Of a stretch of 64,000 nt of DNA, positions 45,195 through 54,264 are shown one piece after another. Both the position numbers and the translations under genes were made by a program. The notes under the pieces were generated by a model that was not told the origin of the DNA, ran no database searches, and saw nothing but the letters and a program-made list of their open reading frames with translations. Origin of the DNA: Rhodospirillaceae bacterium. Lineage in GTDB: Bacteria > Pseudomonadota > Alphaproteobacteria > UBA6615. The stretch lies in the NCBI GenBank assembly GCA_002713365.1, contig PASR01000011.1:5527-69526 (forward strand), in the 5' to 3' direction. The stretch's first letter is position 1. Each line of letters begins with the position of its first letter.

Positions 45195-46103
45195 CTATTC
45201 TGCTGCATTCCTAGAGTTATTACTTGTTGTTATTCCAAATATATCTCTTGCTTCTGCAGGGGTAGCAACTGTGTCTCCCAGTAATTCAATGATTTGAACT
45301 GCCCGGTCTACGAGTTGAGCATTACCTGAAGCTAATTCACCGCGTTTAATATAGAGGTTATCTTCTAAACCAACACGCACATGACCACCCAGAATAGCGG
45401 CTGAGGCAACCATTGGGAACTCAAACCTTGAAATACCAAATGAAGCCCATAATGCATTTTCAGGAAGCATATTACGCATTAGTGTCATTGCTTCAGCTGT
45501 AGCTGGTGCTCCCCAGGGAATACCTAAGCATAGTTGATACAAAGGATTTGGATCTTTTATCACGCCGGTTTTTACTAGATGGTTAGCTAAACTAACGTGG
45601 CCAACATCGAATACTTCGAGTTCGGGCTTAACGCCTGCAGATTGTATTAGAGAAGCCATTTCTTCTAACATTTCAGGAGAATTTACCATTGGGCGATCTC
45701 CAAAATTCATTGTAGCTACATCTAGAGAACAAATATCCGGTTTATTTTCTAATACATGTATAACCCTCTCTTCAGCAGTTTTCATTACGCTTCCTGGCCC
45801 AGGCTCTAATGGAGTTTGTATATTCACGTCCAAGCGAGCACCTGGCCCTGTTGTAAGGTTTATCACCACATCACAATTTGCGTCACGTATACGCTTAACA
45901 ACATCCGCATAATAAACCGGATCCATGCTAGCTTTTCCAGTTTTTGGGTTTCGGACATGTATATGGGCAACTGCAGCCCCTGCCTTATGCGCAGCAATAA
46001 CTTCATCTGCAATTTCTTTTGGGGTAGAGGGAACGTTAGGGTTCATACCCTTAGTATCTGCGCCACCGGTAACTGCACAACTAATGATAATTGGACGAGC
46101 CAT
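45195..46103 (-). CDS. Beta-keto acid cleavage enzyme (BKACE/DUF849), copy 1
   Basis: CAVTG, HIHVR, YQLCLGIPWG and RVGLEDN. Confidence 0.9.
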   Translation of the reverse strand: MARPIIISCAVTGGADTKGMNPNVPSTPKEIADEVIAAHKAGAAVAHIHVRNPKTGKASMDPVYYADVVKRIRDANCDVVINLTTGPGARLDVNIQTPLEPGPGSVMKTAEERVIHVLENKPDICSLDVATMNFGDRPMVNSPEMLEEMASLIQSAGVKPELEVFDVGHVSLANHLVKTGVIKDPNPLYQLCLGIPWGAPATAEAMTLMRNMLPENALWASFGISRFEFPMVASAAILGGHVRVGLEDNLYIKRGELASGNAQLVDRAVQIIELLGDTVATPAEARDIFGITTSNNSRNAAE

Positions 46104-46323
46104 AATTCACATCTCCTAGTCATATTTTCTTTAATTATGAACTTATATCTCTGTATAGACTATTAGGGTCTTTGCATTTGAACAAGTCAGCGTGAATAAA
46201 AGTGCTTATTGAATATACTAGCTATACAAAACCTCGACAAATAATTATGAAAAACTATTAAAATAAACTAATAACTTGTTATGATTTTAATATAATAGGT
46301 TACTCACATTTTGGGGAAAGATA

Positions 46324-47304
46324 ATGGTCAAAGCAATGCGAATACATAAATTTGGTGGACCAGAAGTTCTCAAGTGGGAAGATGTTGATTTATCTGAACC
46401 AGGACCAAGTGAGCTATTGATTAGACATAATGTAACCGGGTTTAACTTTCTTGATATTCAAGTAAGAAAAGGAGCTTATCCTGTCTTACCTAAACTACCT
46501 GCGGTGTTAGGAACTGAAGCTGCTGGAATTGTTCAACAAGTAGGCAAAGAAGTTAATAATTTTTCTGTGGGTCAAAGAGTTGCATATGCGTCAACCTACC
46601 CTGGGGCATACTCTGAAGCTCGTTTAATTGAGGCCTCGAATGTAGTTGCTTTGCCAGATAATATAACATTTGAAGAGGCTGCAGCCAGCTTGCTTAAAGG
46701 TATGACTGCTGAATATCTAGTAAATAGGTGCTATTCAATTGCTGCTGGTGAAGTAGCGATAGTACATGCAGCAGCCGGAGGAGTTGGTTTGTTTTTGTGC
46801 CAGTGGCTTAAGGATAAAGGAGTTACGGTTATTGGTACTGTTGGTTCTGATGAAAAAAAGACTACAATTCTTAATAATGGTGCTACTTACGCGGTTAACT
46901 ATCGTAAGGAGAATTTTAATGAAGTAGCATTGGATATTACTAATGGTCTGGGAGTTCATGTCGTATATGATTCTGTTGGCCCTGATTTATATATTGAATC
47001 AATAAATAGTTTGCGGCCGCGTGGTTACATGGTGAATTTTGGAAATTCCTCTGGACCTCTAGCACCTATAGATTCTGTTGAGCTTAATGTGAAAGGCTCG
47101 TTATTTTTTACTAAGGCGTCTATGCGTTTTTATCAGTTAAACCGGCAAGAGCTAGAAGATAGTGCTACTTCTTTATTTAATATAATAGGCCGCGGCGCTG
47201 TTAAACCTTTTATAGGTCAGCAATATAAACTGGCTGATGCAGCTCAAGCCCATAAAGATGTTGCTGAACGCCTTACAGTAGGATCAACTATATTAACTAT
47301 TTAA
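46324..47304 (+). CDS. qor: NADPH:quinone oxidoreductase (zeta-crystallin/Qor family)
   Basis: GGPEVL, LGTEAAG, HAAAGGVG and VYDSVG. Confidence 0.85.
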   Translation: MVKAMRIHKFGGPEVLKWEDVDLSEPGPSELLIRHNVTGFNFLDIQVRKGAYPVLPKLPAVLGTEAAGIVQQVGKEVNNFSVGQRVAYASTYPGAYSEARLIEASNVVALPDNITFEEAAASLLKGMTAEYLVNRCYSIAAGEVAIVHAAAGGVGLFLCQWLKDKGVTVIGTVGSDEKKTTILNNGATYAVNYRKENFNEVALDITNGLGVHVVYDSVGPDLYIESINSLRPRGYMVNFGNSSGPLAPIDSVELNVKGSLFFTKASMRFYQLNRQELEDSATSLFNIIGRGAVKPFIGQQYKLADAAQAHKDVAERLTVGSTILTI

Positions 47305-47315
47305 ATGCTATTTTA

Positions 47316-47795
47316 TTATCTGCTATTAATAAACTTACTAAATGCATTTAGGGTTTCTTGGCTGACATAATGTTCAATACCTTCTGCATCCAACTGAGCG
47401 TTACGTTCGGTAACTCCTATAGCTCTCAAAAAATCTAATACTATCTTATGTCTTTCTCTTGATGTATTCGCTAAGTTTTCGCCATCTGGGGTAAGAAAAA
47501 TTGATCGGTAAGGGCGTGTATGAACTAGACCATCTCTTTGAAGACGCTTAATAATTTTGTTTACAGTAGCATGTGAAACTCCAAATCGCTCTGCTAAATC
47601 AACTATCCTAGCTTCACCATAAGCGTTAATTAAATCATCTATCATTTCTACATAGTCTTCCGCTTTTTCTGTTTGCTGGGCTGTTCTAACACGTTCAAAC
47701 TGTGCGGCTTGCAGATTGGCCTCTATCATTTTATTTGGTGTTTCAGAGGAGGTGTCATCTGATTTATCTTTTGTCTTTTGTGCGCTTTTGTTCAT
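47316..47795 (-). CDS. mntR: Manganese-binding transcriptional regulator (short DtxR/MntR type)
   Basis: EDYVEMI, GEAR, PYRSIFLT, RERH and DAEGIEH closely follow E. coli-type MntR. Confidence 0.88.
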   Translation of the reverse strand: MNKSAQKTKDKSDDTSSETPNKMIEANLQAAQFERVRTAQQTEKAEDYVEMIDDLINAYGEARIVDLAERFGVSHATVNKIIKRLQRDGLVHTRPYRSIFLTPDGENLANTSRERHKIVLDFLRAIGVTERNAQLDAEGIEHYVSQETLNAFSKFINSR

Positions 47796-47798
47796 GAA

Positions 47799-48953
47799 TT
47801 AGACCTGAATCAGAAATGCGGTAGTGTACATTACCAAGATTCCCATACCAAAACCAGCGAAAGCGTTACTTACTATAAACTTATCACCTAAATTAACTCT
47901 CATAACCCATATTGAACGAGTCACCTCAATTATAACTTGAGCTATTGCGCCTGCAGCAATGCCAAAGAATAGTGCATTCCAATGTGGAGCAAAGGTAAAA
48001 GTCCCTATCCATGTTCCTGCTATTGCAGGAAGCCCAGCCAAACATAACCAGCATAAAAGCATCCCAAAGGTTACTTTTTGTTTTGTAATTGGGGCTATTA
48101 TCGCTACCCCTTCTGTAAGATTATGTATAGCAAACCCAATTAATAACATACTCCCTAATGCAGCATTTCCCAGAGATAAGGCGGCACCTATCGATAGTCC
48201 CTCTCCAAAATTATGTAAGCCAATGCCAATTGCTAACCAAGTCGCTAGTATAATACCGTCAGTTGAAGGTTTTGATCGCCAACTTATAGCTAGAATGCCT
48301 AGAAATGTAAGTACACTCGCAAGTAAAACACTTAAACTTCCTTGGAATGCATTTGCAGATATTTTTGTGAGCTCAAGGCCCTCTTCTAAGGTATCAACAA
48401 ATAAATAACCTAGTAGTCCAATTGTTAGCGACATAAAAAATACAATGCTATTATCACCTATTAAGCGTAAGAGAGGCAAAGATAACATTCCTAGTGTAAT
48501 TGGGATTACCCCAACGCATATCCCAATGAGCGCTAGACTAAATAAGGTTTTTTTATTTGGACTAGGCGCCTTATATGCAACGTCAATTGTGTAATCATAC
48601 GTTGCTCCAGTACTTGACAGAAAAAGTAGATGGTGTGTTTCGTTCTGTACCCAAGGATAGGGTATTAATATCTTTGCTGTAGCTAACTGATTTATTGGTC
48701 CTTCAGGTATTTGCCGAAAATTCCAAAAGGCCCCATCAACTTGTACTTGAGAAATTTTTATTGGTTCACGGCCGTTTCCTCTGACATAGGCAGTAAAACC
48801 ATCAGGGCCGGAAGTTACTCTTTCAATTATAAGCGATTCTTCCGGAGGCAGATTGTTATCAAAATCATCTAGTGGATTAAATACGTATATCGCTAAGCTG
48901 ATTACACCTAACATTATTAAAACAACAAAAAATGCAATACGATTATAAACCAT
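47799..48953 (-). CDS. ZIP family metal transporter with extra N-terminal soluble domain
   Basis: GIGLHNFGEG and AIHNLTEG ZIP metal-site motifs, preceded by a TM helix and a ~110-aa hydrophilic segment. Confidence 0.88.
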   Translation of the reverse strand: MVYNRIAFFVVLIMLGVISLAIYVFNPLDDFDNNLPPEESLIIERVTSGPDGFTAYVRGNGREPIKISQVQVDGAFWNFRQIPEGPINQLATAKILIPYPWVQNETHHLLFLSSTGATYDYTIDVAYKAPSPNKKTLFSLALIGICVGVIPITLGMLSLPLLRLIGDNSIVFFMSLTIGLLGYLFVDTLEEGLELTKISANAFQGSLSVLLASVLTFLGILAISWRSKPSTDGIILATWLAIGIGLHNFGEGLSIGAALSLGNAALGSMLLIGFAIHNLTEGVAIIAPITKQKVTFGMLLCWLCLAGLPAIAGTWIGTFTFAPHWNALFFGIAAGAIAQVIIEVTRSIWVMRVNLGDKFIVSNAFAGFGMGILVMYTTAFLIQV

Positions 48954-50041
48954 TAGACGACCTCAAACATGCTCATCCAGCCTAGCTCAGCAAACTCACT
49001 TTGATGTGCGTGGAACATGTAATGTCCTGGTTCATGATTACTAAAAGACATTTCTATAATGCCTCTTTGGGCTTGGCATTGCATTACTGTATCAACTTTA
49101 TTGAGAGTTGGTGTTAGTGTGGTTCCATGGTCAAAATAGTCAAAGAAATTTCCATGAATATGAAACGAGTTTATTGGATCGAATTCAGTTACGTTAATTA
49201 AATAGATGCGAACTGGACGTTGTTTATCTATTTTGATAGGTCTTTTGCTATATTCATGAGCTATGGTATTTACAGCATAAATTTCATTCTCTTCATCAAA
49301 GTTGGTATCAAACGCATTCATTACCATTACTAGTTCTTGCCAATGCATGTTCTCATCTGTTCCTAGCTGACGGGATAACGCAGTAGTAGTATTTTGTGGA
49401 TGAAGTTTGGGGTCAGGGTCTACAATAAAAGCTCCGTAAAGGCCTTTGTGAATATGGCGCTTAAGTGGTGCAACATGGCAATGATATAGATGACATCCAA
49501 ATGGGTCTGCCCTAAATTCGTAGACAAACTCTTCTCCTGGATCTACTAAACCAGCTCCGGATATGCCATCCATCTTAGCACTATGAATTCCATGAAAGTG
49601 CATTGAGTGGGGATGACTGCCCATGTTAATAAACTTGATTTGCAGAAACTCGCCTTCGGTAGCTCGTATTGTCGGACCCGGTACCCTGCCATTATAAGTC
49701 CAGGCAGGAAAAAACACCCCAGGAGCAATTTCAATTTCGGTGTCAACTGCTATAATTTCGAATTTACGAATAGTTTTGCCAGCGCTATCTTTTTCAACCG
49801 TGCCAGTTTCCCAATCAGTCAGCAAATTATGTGGATCAAATCCATTACGCAAATGATCAACGTTTCCTACGGTGGTCATACCACCTGCGTGAGCGAGTGG
49901 ACTCTTACATATAGATTTCGGATCTGCTGGATTGTCAGCACTAGTGTTGGTGCTGCTAAATAAGGGAACTAAAGGTAACAAAGCACCAGCCCCGAGAAAA
50001 GATCGACGATTAGATACATTTTTAAACAATTTAGAAATCAT
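48953..50041 (-). CDS. Tat-exported two-domain multicopper oxidase
   Basis: NRRSFL Tat motif, YNGRVPGPTIR, HSMHFHG, YHCH...H....L, FHIHG and FHAH. Confidence 0.88.
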   Translation of the reverse strand: MISKLFKNVSNRRSFLGAGALLPLVPLFSSTNTSADNPADPKSICKSPLAHAGGMTTVGNVDHLRNGFDPHNLLTDWETGTVEKDSAGKTIRKFEIIAVDTEIEIAPGVFFPAWTYNGRVPGPTIRATEGEFLQIKFINMGSHPHSMHFHGIHSAKMDGISGAGLVDPGEEFVYEFRADPFGCHLYHCHVAPLKRHIHKGLYGAFIVDPDPKLHPQNTTTALSRQLGTDENMHWQELVMVMNAFDTNFDEENEIYAVNTIAHEYSKRPIKIDKQRPVRIYLINVTEFDPINSFHIHGNFFDYFDHGTTLTPTLNKVDTVMQCQAQRGIIEMSFSNHEPGHYMFHAHQSEFAELGWMSMFEVV

Positions 50042-50118
50042 TTTTTTTAAATACTCTGAATATAGTTCAATTTAATCATTAATTAATGTTTGATACAGTT
50101 TAATATTAAAGCATTACC

Positions 50119-50147
50119 ATTAAAGTATAGCCATGGCTACATCTCAA
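50119..50147 (-). promoter_or_regulatory. Predicted sigma70 promoter containing an MntR-box-like operator
   Basis: Minus strand TTGAGA-17 nt-TTTAAT. The spacer holds the perfect palindrome TAGCCATGGCTA (50128-50139). Confidence 0.7.
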
Positions 50148-50229
50148 TGAATGGTTTTATATTAAAATTTTTAATAAAGAAATTTATTTAAACTTTAAAA
50201 AGTAATTTTAGGGTGTTTAATTAATGTAC

Positions 50230-51189
50230 CTAATGCACCTTTTCTCTCTTACCTGAGACAAGAGAGCGTTCAATAGCTGCAAGTACAGCAACATCATGTA
50301 TCATTTGTTCATTAGTAAATTTATAATCATCAGTGCCCGCAATAGAATCAGCAAAACCTTCCATATTAGCTTTAACTGGATTAATTGCTGATACTTTTTT
50401 TAACTCAGGGTTTCCGTCGACCATACAAATTTCAATTTTATCATGGTCTACTACTTTGACCCAACCTTCTGAACCGTAAACATTAAGCATTCTGCTACTT
50501 GGAGTTACCATTATGTTGCCTATGTAAGCGCTAGCGCCGCATTCAAAGGTTAGTAATGCTGAAGCTGAATCAAGAGCTTGTATTCTATCTAGAGCTTGTG
50601 CATACACCTCACTAACAGGCCCTAAAAAAGAACTAAATAAATCTATATAGTGACTACCCATATGGTAGAGGCCGCCTCCCGGTGCTTCTTTAGGATCATG
50701 TCTCCAGCTAACAAAACCAGAAAGGGTGGAATGGCTAGTGTTTCCTTCTAAATGCATTATCGTACCAAGTTGATTAGAATCAATCATCTTTTTGATTTCA
50801 GTTTGAGGGGCCGCGTATCTTTGGTTATGTCCTAAACCCAACTTAATACCCGCTTTTTCTGCCGCTAGTACCGATTTTTCGGCATCTGATTTATTTAGAG
50901 CGAATGGTTTTTCTGTAAATACGTGTTTTCCTGCTTCTGCTGCTGCTATAATTTGTTCTGTATGAAGGCTATGTGGGGTCACCAGAACAACAGCATTTAC
51001 ATCAGGGTCATCAAGTGCGTCTTGATAATTTGCAGTTAATTTTAGTCCTTGTTCAGATGCATAATCTTTTGAGCCTTCTGTATTAAGGTCAATAACTCGA
51101 ACAATTTTTACTTTATCACTTTTGTTATGTATTGCATCTATGTGGGTACGGCCCCACCAACCTAGCCCTATTATAGCTATATTTAGCAT
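50230..51189 (-). CDS. Gfo/Idh/MocA family oxidoreductase
   Basis: IIGLGWWG, TPHSLH and KHVFTEKP. ATG at 51189 after GAGGA. Confidence 0.9.
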   Translation of the reverse strand: MLNIAIIGLGWWGRTHIDAIHNKSDKVKIVRVIDLNTEGSKDYASEQGLKLTANYQDALDDPDVNAVVLVTPHSLHTEQIIAAAEAGKHVFTEKPFALNKSDAEKSVLAAEKAGIKLGLGHNQRYAAPQTEIKKMIDSNQLGTIMHLEGNTSHSTLSGFVSWRHDPKEAPGGGLYHMGSHYIDLFSSFLGPVSEVYAQALDRIQALDSASALLTFECGASAYIGNIMVTPSSRMLNVYGSEGWVKVVDHDKIEICMVDGNPELKKVSAINPVKANMEGFADSIAGTDDYKFTNEQMIHDVAVLAAIERSLVSGKREKVH

Positions 51190-51418
51190 TTTCTTCCTCA
51201 AATAATAATTTTAGTAGCTATGACTATGCTCAAATCATAATATTATAGCTGCACACCTAATATACTGACTACAAACTAACTCTACTTTATTATAAAGTAT
51301 TAATAAGATAATAATTAATATATAGTAATCAATTTTTGATATGGCAGAAATGTCTAGCTTTTACTTCTGTTAATTAGCGGATGATATAAATAAATTAAGT
51401 TGCTGTTGGAGTGATTAG

Positions 51419-52450
51419 ATGAAATTTGGGTTATTTGGTAGTGCGCAGGCAAAGCGTGGTGGTGGTCCTGATGTAGATAGTGCTAAAGGTTATCATGATT
51501 GGCTAGAATTCAACATAGAGGCAGAAGCACTTGGTTATCATAGTGCATTTGCAGTTGAACATCACTTTACTGGCTTTGGGCAAGTATCGGCTACTATAAA
51601 TCTGCTAACTTATTTAGCCGCACAGACAACAACTTTGCGACTGGGCACGGCAGTCATGGTATTGCCTTGGCATAATCCAGTATTACTTGCAGAACAAGCT
51701 GCTACTCTAGACCTTCTATCTGGTGGCCGGTTAGACTTTGGTGTTGGAAAAGGATATCGGTATAATGAATTTGAAGGGTTTGGGATACCCATGGAAGAAG
51801 CTGGGGAGCGTTTCGAGGAATCTCTTGATGTTTTAATACGCGCTTGGACTAAAGATGAGCCATGGTCGCATAAAGGTAAATTTTGGAATTTTAAAGATAT
51901 CATTGTTGAACCACCAACGATACAAAAACCACATCCGCCATTCTGGATGGGTGCAGGTAACCCCAAAACAATTGATGGTGTAGCGGCTCGAGGTTGTAAC
52001 CTATTGTTAGATCAATTTGCTCCAGTAAAAGTTATACTTGAAAGAATAGAAATGTTTCGCAATGCCGTTGAAAAGCGAGGCAGAATATTTAATCCTAATG
52101 AGGTGGGGGTAGCTCGAGGTCTTTATGTAGCTAAGGATTTTTCTGACAGAGATTCAGCAATTGAAAGACGTATTGCCGCTCGTGCCAGAGTAGATAATTT
52201 AGCTCAGAGACCTGACGGCGCTAATAAATCATCGATAATGTCTTACGATGATACTGCTGAGACAGCTATGGAGGCAGCTCTTTTTGGAACAGTTGATGAA
52301 ATTACTGAAAAAGTATCGAAGTTAAGAGAGGGTGGTGTACGCTATTTATTGTTATCTGATGGTGGCTCAGGAATTGAAGGGTTACGCAAATTTTCACGCG
52401 AAGTTATGCCAGTTTTTATTGATAGTGATACAGCAGAGGCTGCAGAGTAA
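51419..52450 (+). CDS. Luciferase-like (LLM class) flavin-dependent oxidoreductase
   Basis: EHHF, LRLGTAV, LAEQAATLDLLSGGRLDFGVGKG and QKPHPP. Confidence 0.92.
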   Translation: MKFGLFGSAQAKRGGGPDVDSAKGYHDWLEFNIEAEALGYHSAFAVEHHFTGFGQVSATINLLTYLAAQTTTLRLGTAVMVLPWHNPVLLAEQAATLDLLSGGRLDFGVGKGYRYNEFEGFGIPMEEAGERFEESLDVLIRAWTKDEPWSHKGKFWNFKDIIVEPPTIQKPHPPFWMGAGNPKTIDGVAARGCNLLLDQFAPVKVILERIEMFRNAVEKRGRIFNPNEVGVARGLYVAKDFSDRDSAIERRIAARARVDNLAQRPDGANKSSIMSYDDTAETAMEAALFGTVDEITEKVSKLREGGVRYLLLSDGGSGIEGLRKFSREVMPVFIDSDTAEAAE

Positions 52451-52538
52451 TAAAATTGACCAGCCTTAGATAAGCATATTTACAAGGATAGCGTATTTTC
52501 TTTCCCAAAATATTAGGTTTATATAAATAAAATATGTA

Positions 52539-52949
52539 TTACTTAGGCTTTGGTAGTTTTACTTCTTTTTCTATTGTTGGACCTCCAGCTTTTACCCACG
52601 CACTAAAACCACCAGCCATGTGAGAAACAGGTGATAAACCCATTCGATGAACTGACTGTGCTGCCAATGCAGAACGCAAGCCACCAGCACAGTAAAAAAT
52701 AAACTTTTTTCCGGAGTTAAAGTCTGCACGGTGGTAAGGACTATCTGGATCCACCCAAAACTCTAACATGCCGCGCGGGGCATGCATGGCTCCAGGTATA
52801 GTGCCCTCGCGCCATAATTCACGAATATCACGTATGTCTACTAATACCACTTCCGGATCTTTTCTTAATTGAATTACATCCTCTGCTAGTAAGGTTTCAA
52901 TTTCTTGTTCTGCCTCTTCGCAAAGCTCTTTTATACCTTTAGTAATCAT
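52539..52949 (-). CDS. Rhodanese-like domain protein
   Basis: VDIRD, GTIPGA, RGMLEFW and YCAGGLRS. Confidence 0.9.
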   Translation of the reverse strand: MITKGIKELCEEAEQEIETLLAEDVIQLRKDPEVVLVDIRDIRELWREGTIPGAMHAPRGMLEFWVDPDSPYHRADFNSGKKFIFYCAGGLRSALAAQSVHRMGLSPVSHMAGGFSAWVKAGGPTIEKEVKLPKPK

Positions 52950-53039
52950 CTATATTTTATCCATTTATTTTCTATTAATTTATCAATTTAAAATAAGTAA
53001 AATTAATTTTCTAGGGCAGTATATTTTATAACTATTAAT

Positions 53040-54236
53040 TTAATTTTTTTTCTTAATTGAATAAAAAACTATTAAAATACCGATTAGAGTCGCAATTGAA
53101 AGTACTACTAATGTTATAGCATACGGTTTTATAGTATTGGTTGGTAACGTACTAATTAATAAAGCCACTATTGCACCAGTTCCTAGTTGACAGAACCCAG
53201 CGAACGAAGCTGCTGTACCTGCAATTCTTCTATCTACGCTAGCGGCGCCAGCCATAGCGTTAGGAAATATAATGCCATTTGAAAATGCATAAAGTATCAT
53301 TGGAAATAATATTGCCCATAAAGATGTTAAAGGCGAAAGTATCAGAAACATTATTGAAGCTCCTATTCCTAAAATAGCACCCCATAATAATGTATGATTA
53401 ATACTTATAAATGAGATCATTTTGCTTGCCACATAATTACCAGCAGGAAACTGAAGAGTAATTAACATTAGCAAAATGCTGAATAATATTGGTGCTAAGC
53501 CCATGTTCTCAATAATTAGGCTGGGTCCTACTGCTAGAAATCCAAAAAATCCGGATGTACCTGCTGCAAAAGCGAGTGTATAGCCAACATAAATGCGCGA
53601 AGATAGCAAACGCCCATATCGCACAAATATATCAGACCAACTTGCGGTATTACCATCATTTTCGAGTGGACGTGTTTCTTTAAGTACAACCAAAGTCCAT
53701 AGCCCCAAAAGACATGTAAATAACGTAAGGAAAGCAAATATTGAACGCCACCCAAAAATAGCGTCTAAAACTCCGCCTATAATTGGGGCTGTTAACGGAG
53801 CAATTGATTGAATCATAGCCACAAGCGCCATCATTCTAGCTGCTTCGTTTCCTTCATAAACATCTTGTACTATAGCTCGAGGCACTACCAGTGTTGCACA
53901 CCCCCCTAAAGCTTGCAGAATACGAGCTATAATTAGAAGCTCTATGCTTGGAGCAAAAGTGGCTCCTAGACTGGCAATTCCTAGAAGAATTAGACCGCTA
54001 AAAATGACTGGTCGGCGGCCAATTTTATCTGAAAGGGGACCAATAAATAGTTGTGATGTAGCAAATACAATTAGAAAAATTGAGACTGTAAGTTGAGCTA
54101 CTGCATAGCTAGTATTAAAGTCATGTGAAATCGTAGGTATGGATTGCACATGAATACTTAATGCTAATGGACCAGAGGCAGCAAGAGACCCTAATAGAAT
54201 GGTTGAGGGTCTTATATTTTTATTATGAAATATCAC
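53040..54236 (-). CDS. Bcr/CflA family MFS transporter
   Basis: GPLSDKIGRRPV, ARILQALG and a multi-TM profile. Confidence 0.87.
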   Translation of the reverse strand: MIFHNKNIRPSTILLGSLAASGPLALSIHVQSIPTISHDFNTSYAVAQLTVSIFLIVFATSQLFIGPLSDKIGRRPVIFSGLILLGIASLGATFAPSIELLIIARILQALGGCATLVVPRAIVQDVYEGNEAARMMALVAMIQSIAPLTAPIIGGVLDAIFGWRSIFAFLTLFTCLLGLWTLVVLKETRPLENDGNTASWSDIFVRYGRLLSSRIYVGYTLAFAAGTSGFFGFLAVGPSLIIENMGLAPILFSILLMLITLQFPAGNYVASKMISFISINHTLLWGAILGIGASIMFLILSPLTSLWAILFPMILYAFSNGIIFPNAMAGAASVDRRIAGTAASFAGFCQLGTGAIVALLISTLPTNTIKPYAITLVVLSIATLIGILIVFYSIKKKN

Positions 54237-54264
54237 GGATAGTATTTAGTAAAGCTACGTTAGT

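Noticed and set aside
48953..50041. Calling the copper protein a nitrite reductase (nirK)
   Set aside because: It has HCH plus four HxH trinuclear-site motifs and lacks the NirK YHC/Met pattern. No denitrification genes are nearby.
51214..51228. Second MntR-like site GTAGC-TATG-ACTATG upstream of the Gfo/Idh/MocA gene
   Set aside because: Two mismatches, imperfect symmetry and no metal-related gene downstream.
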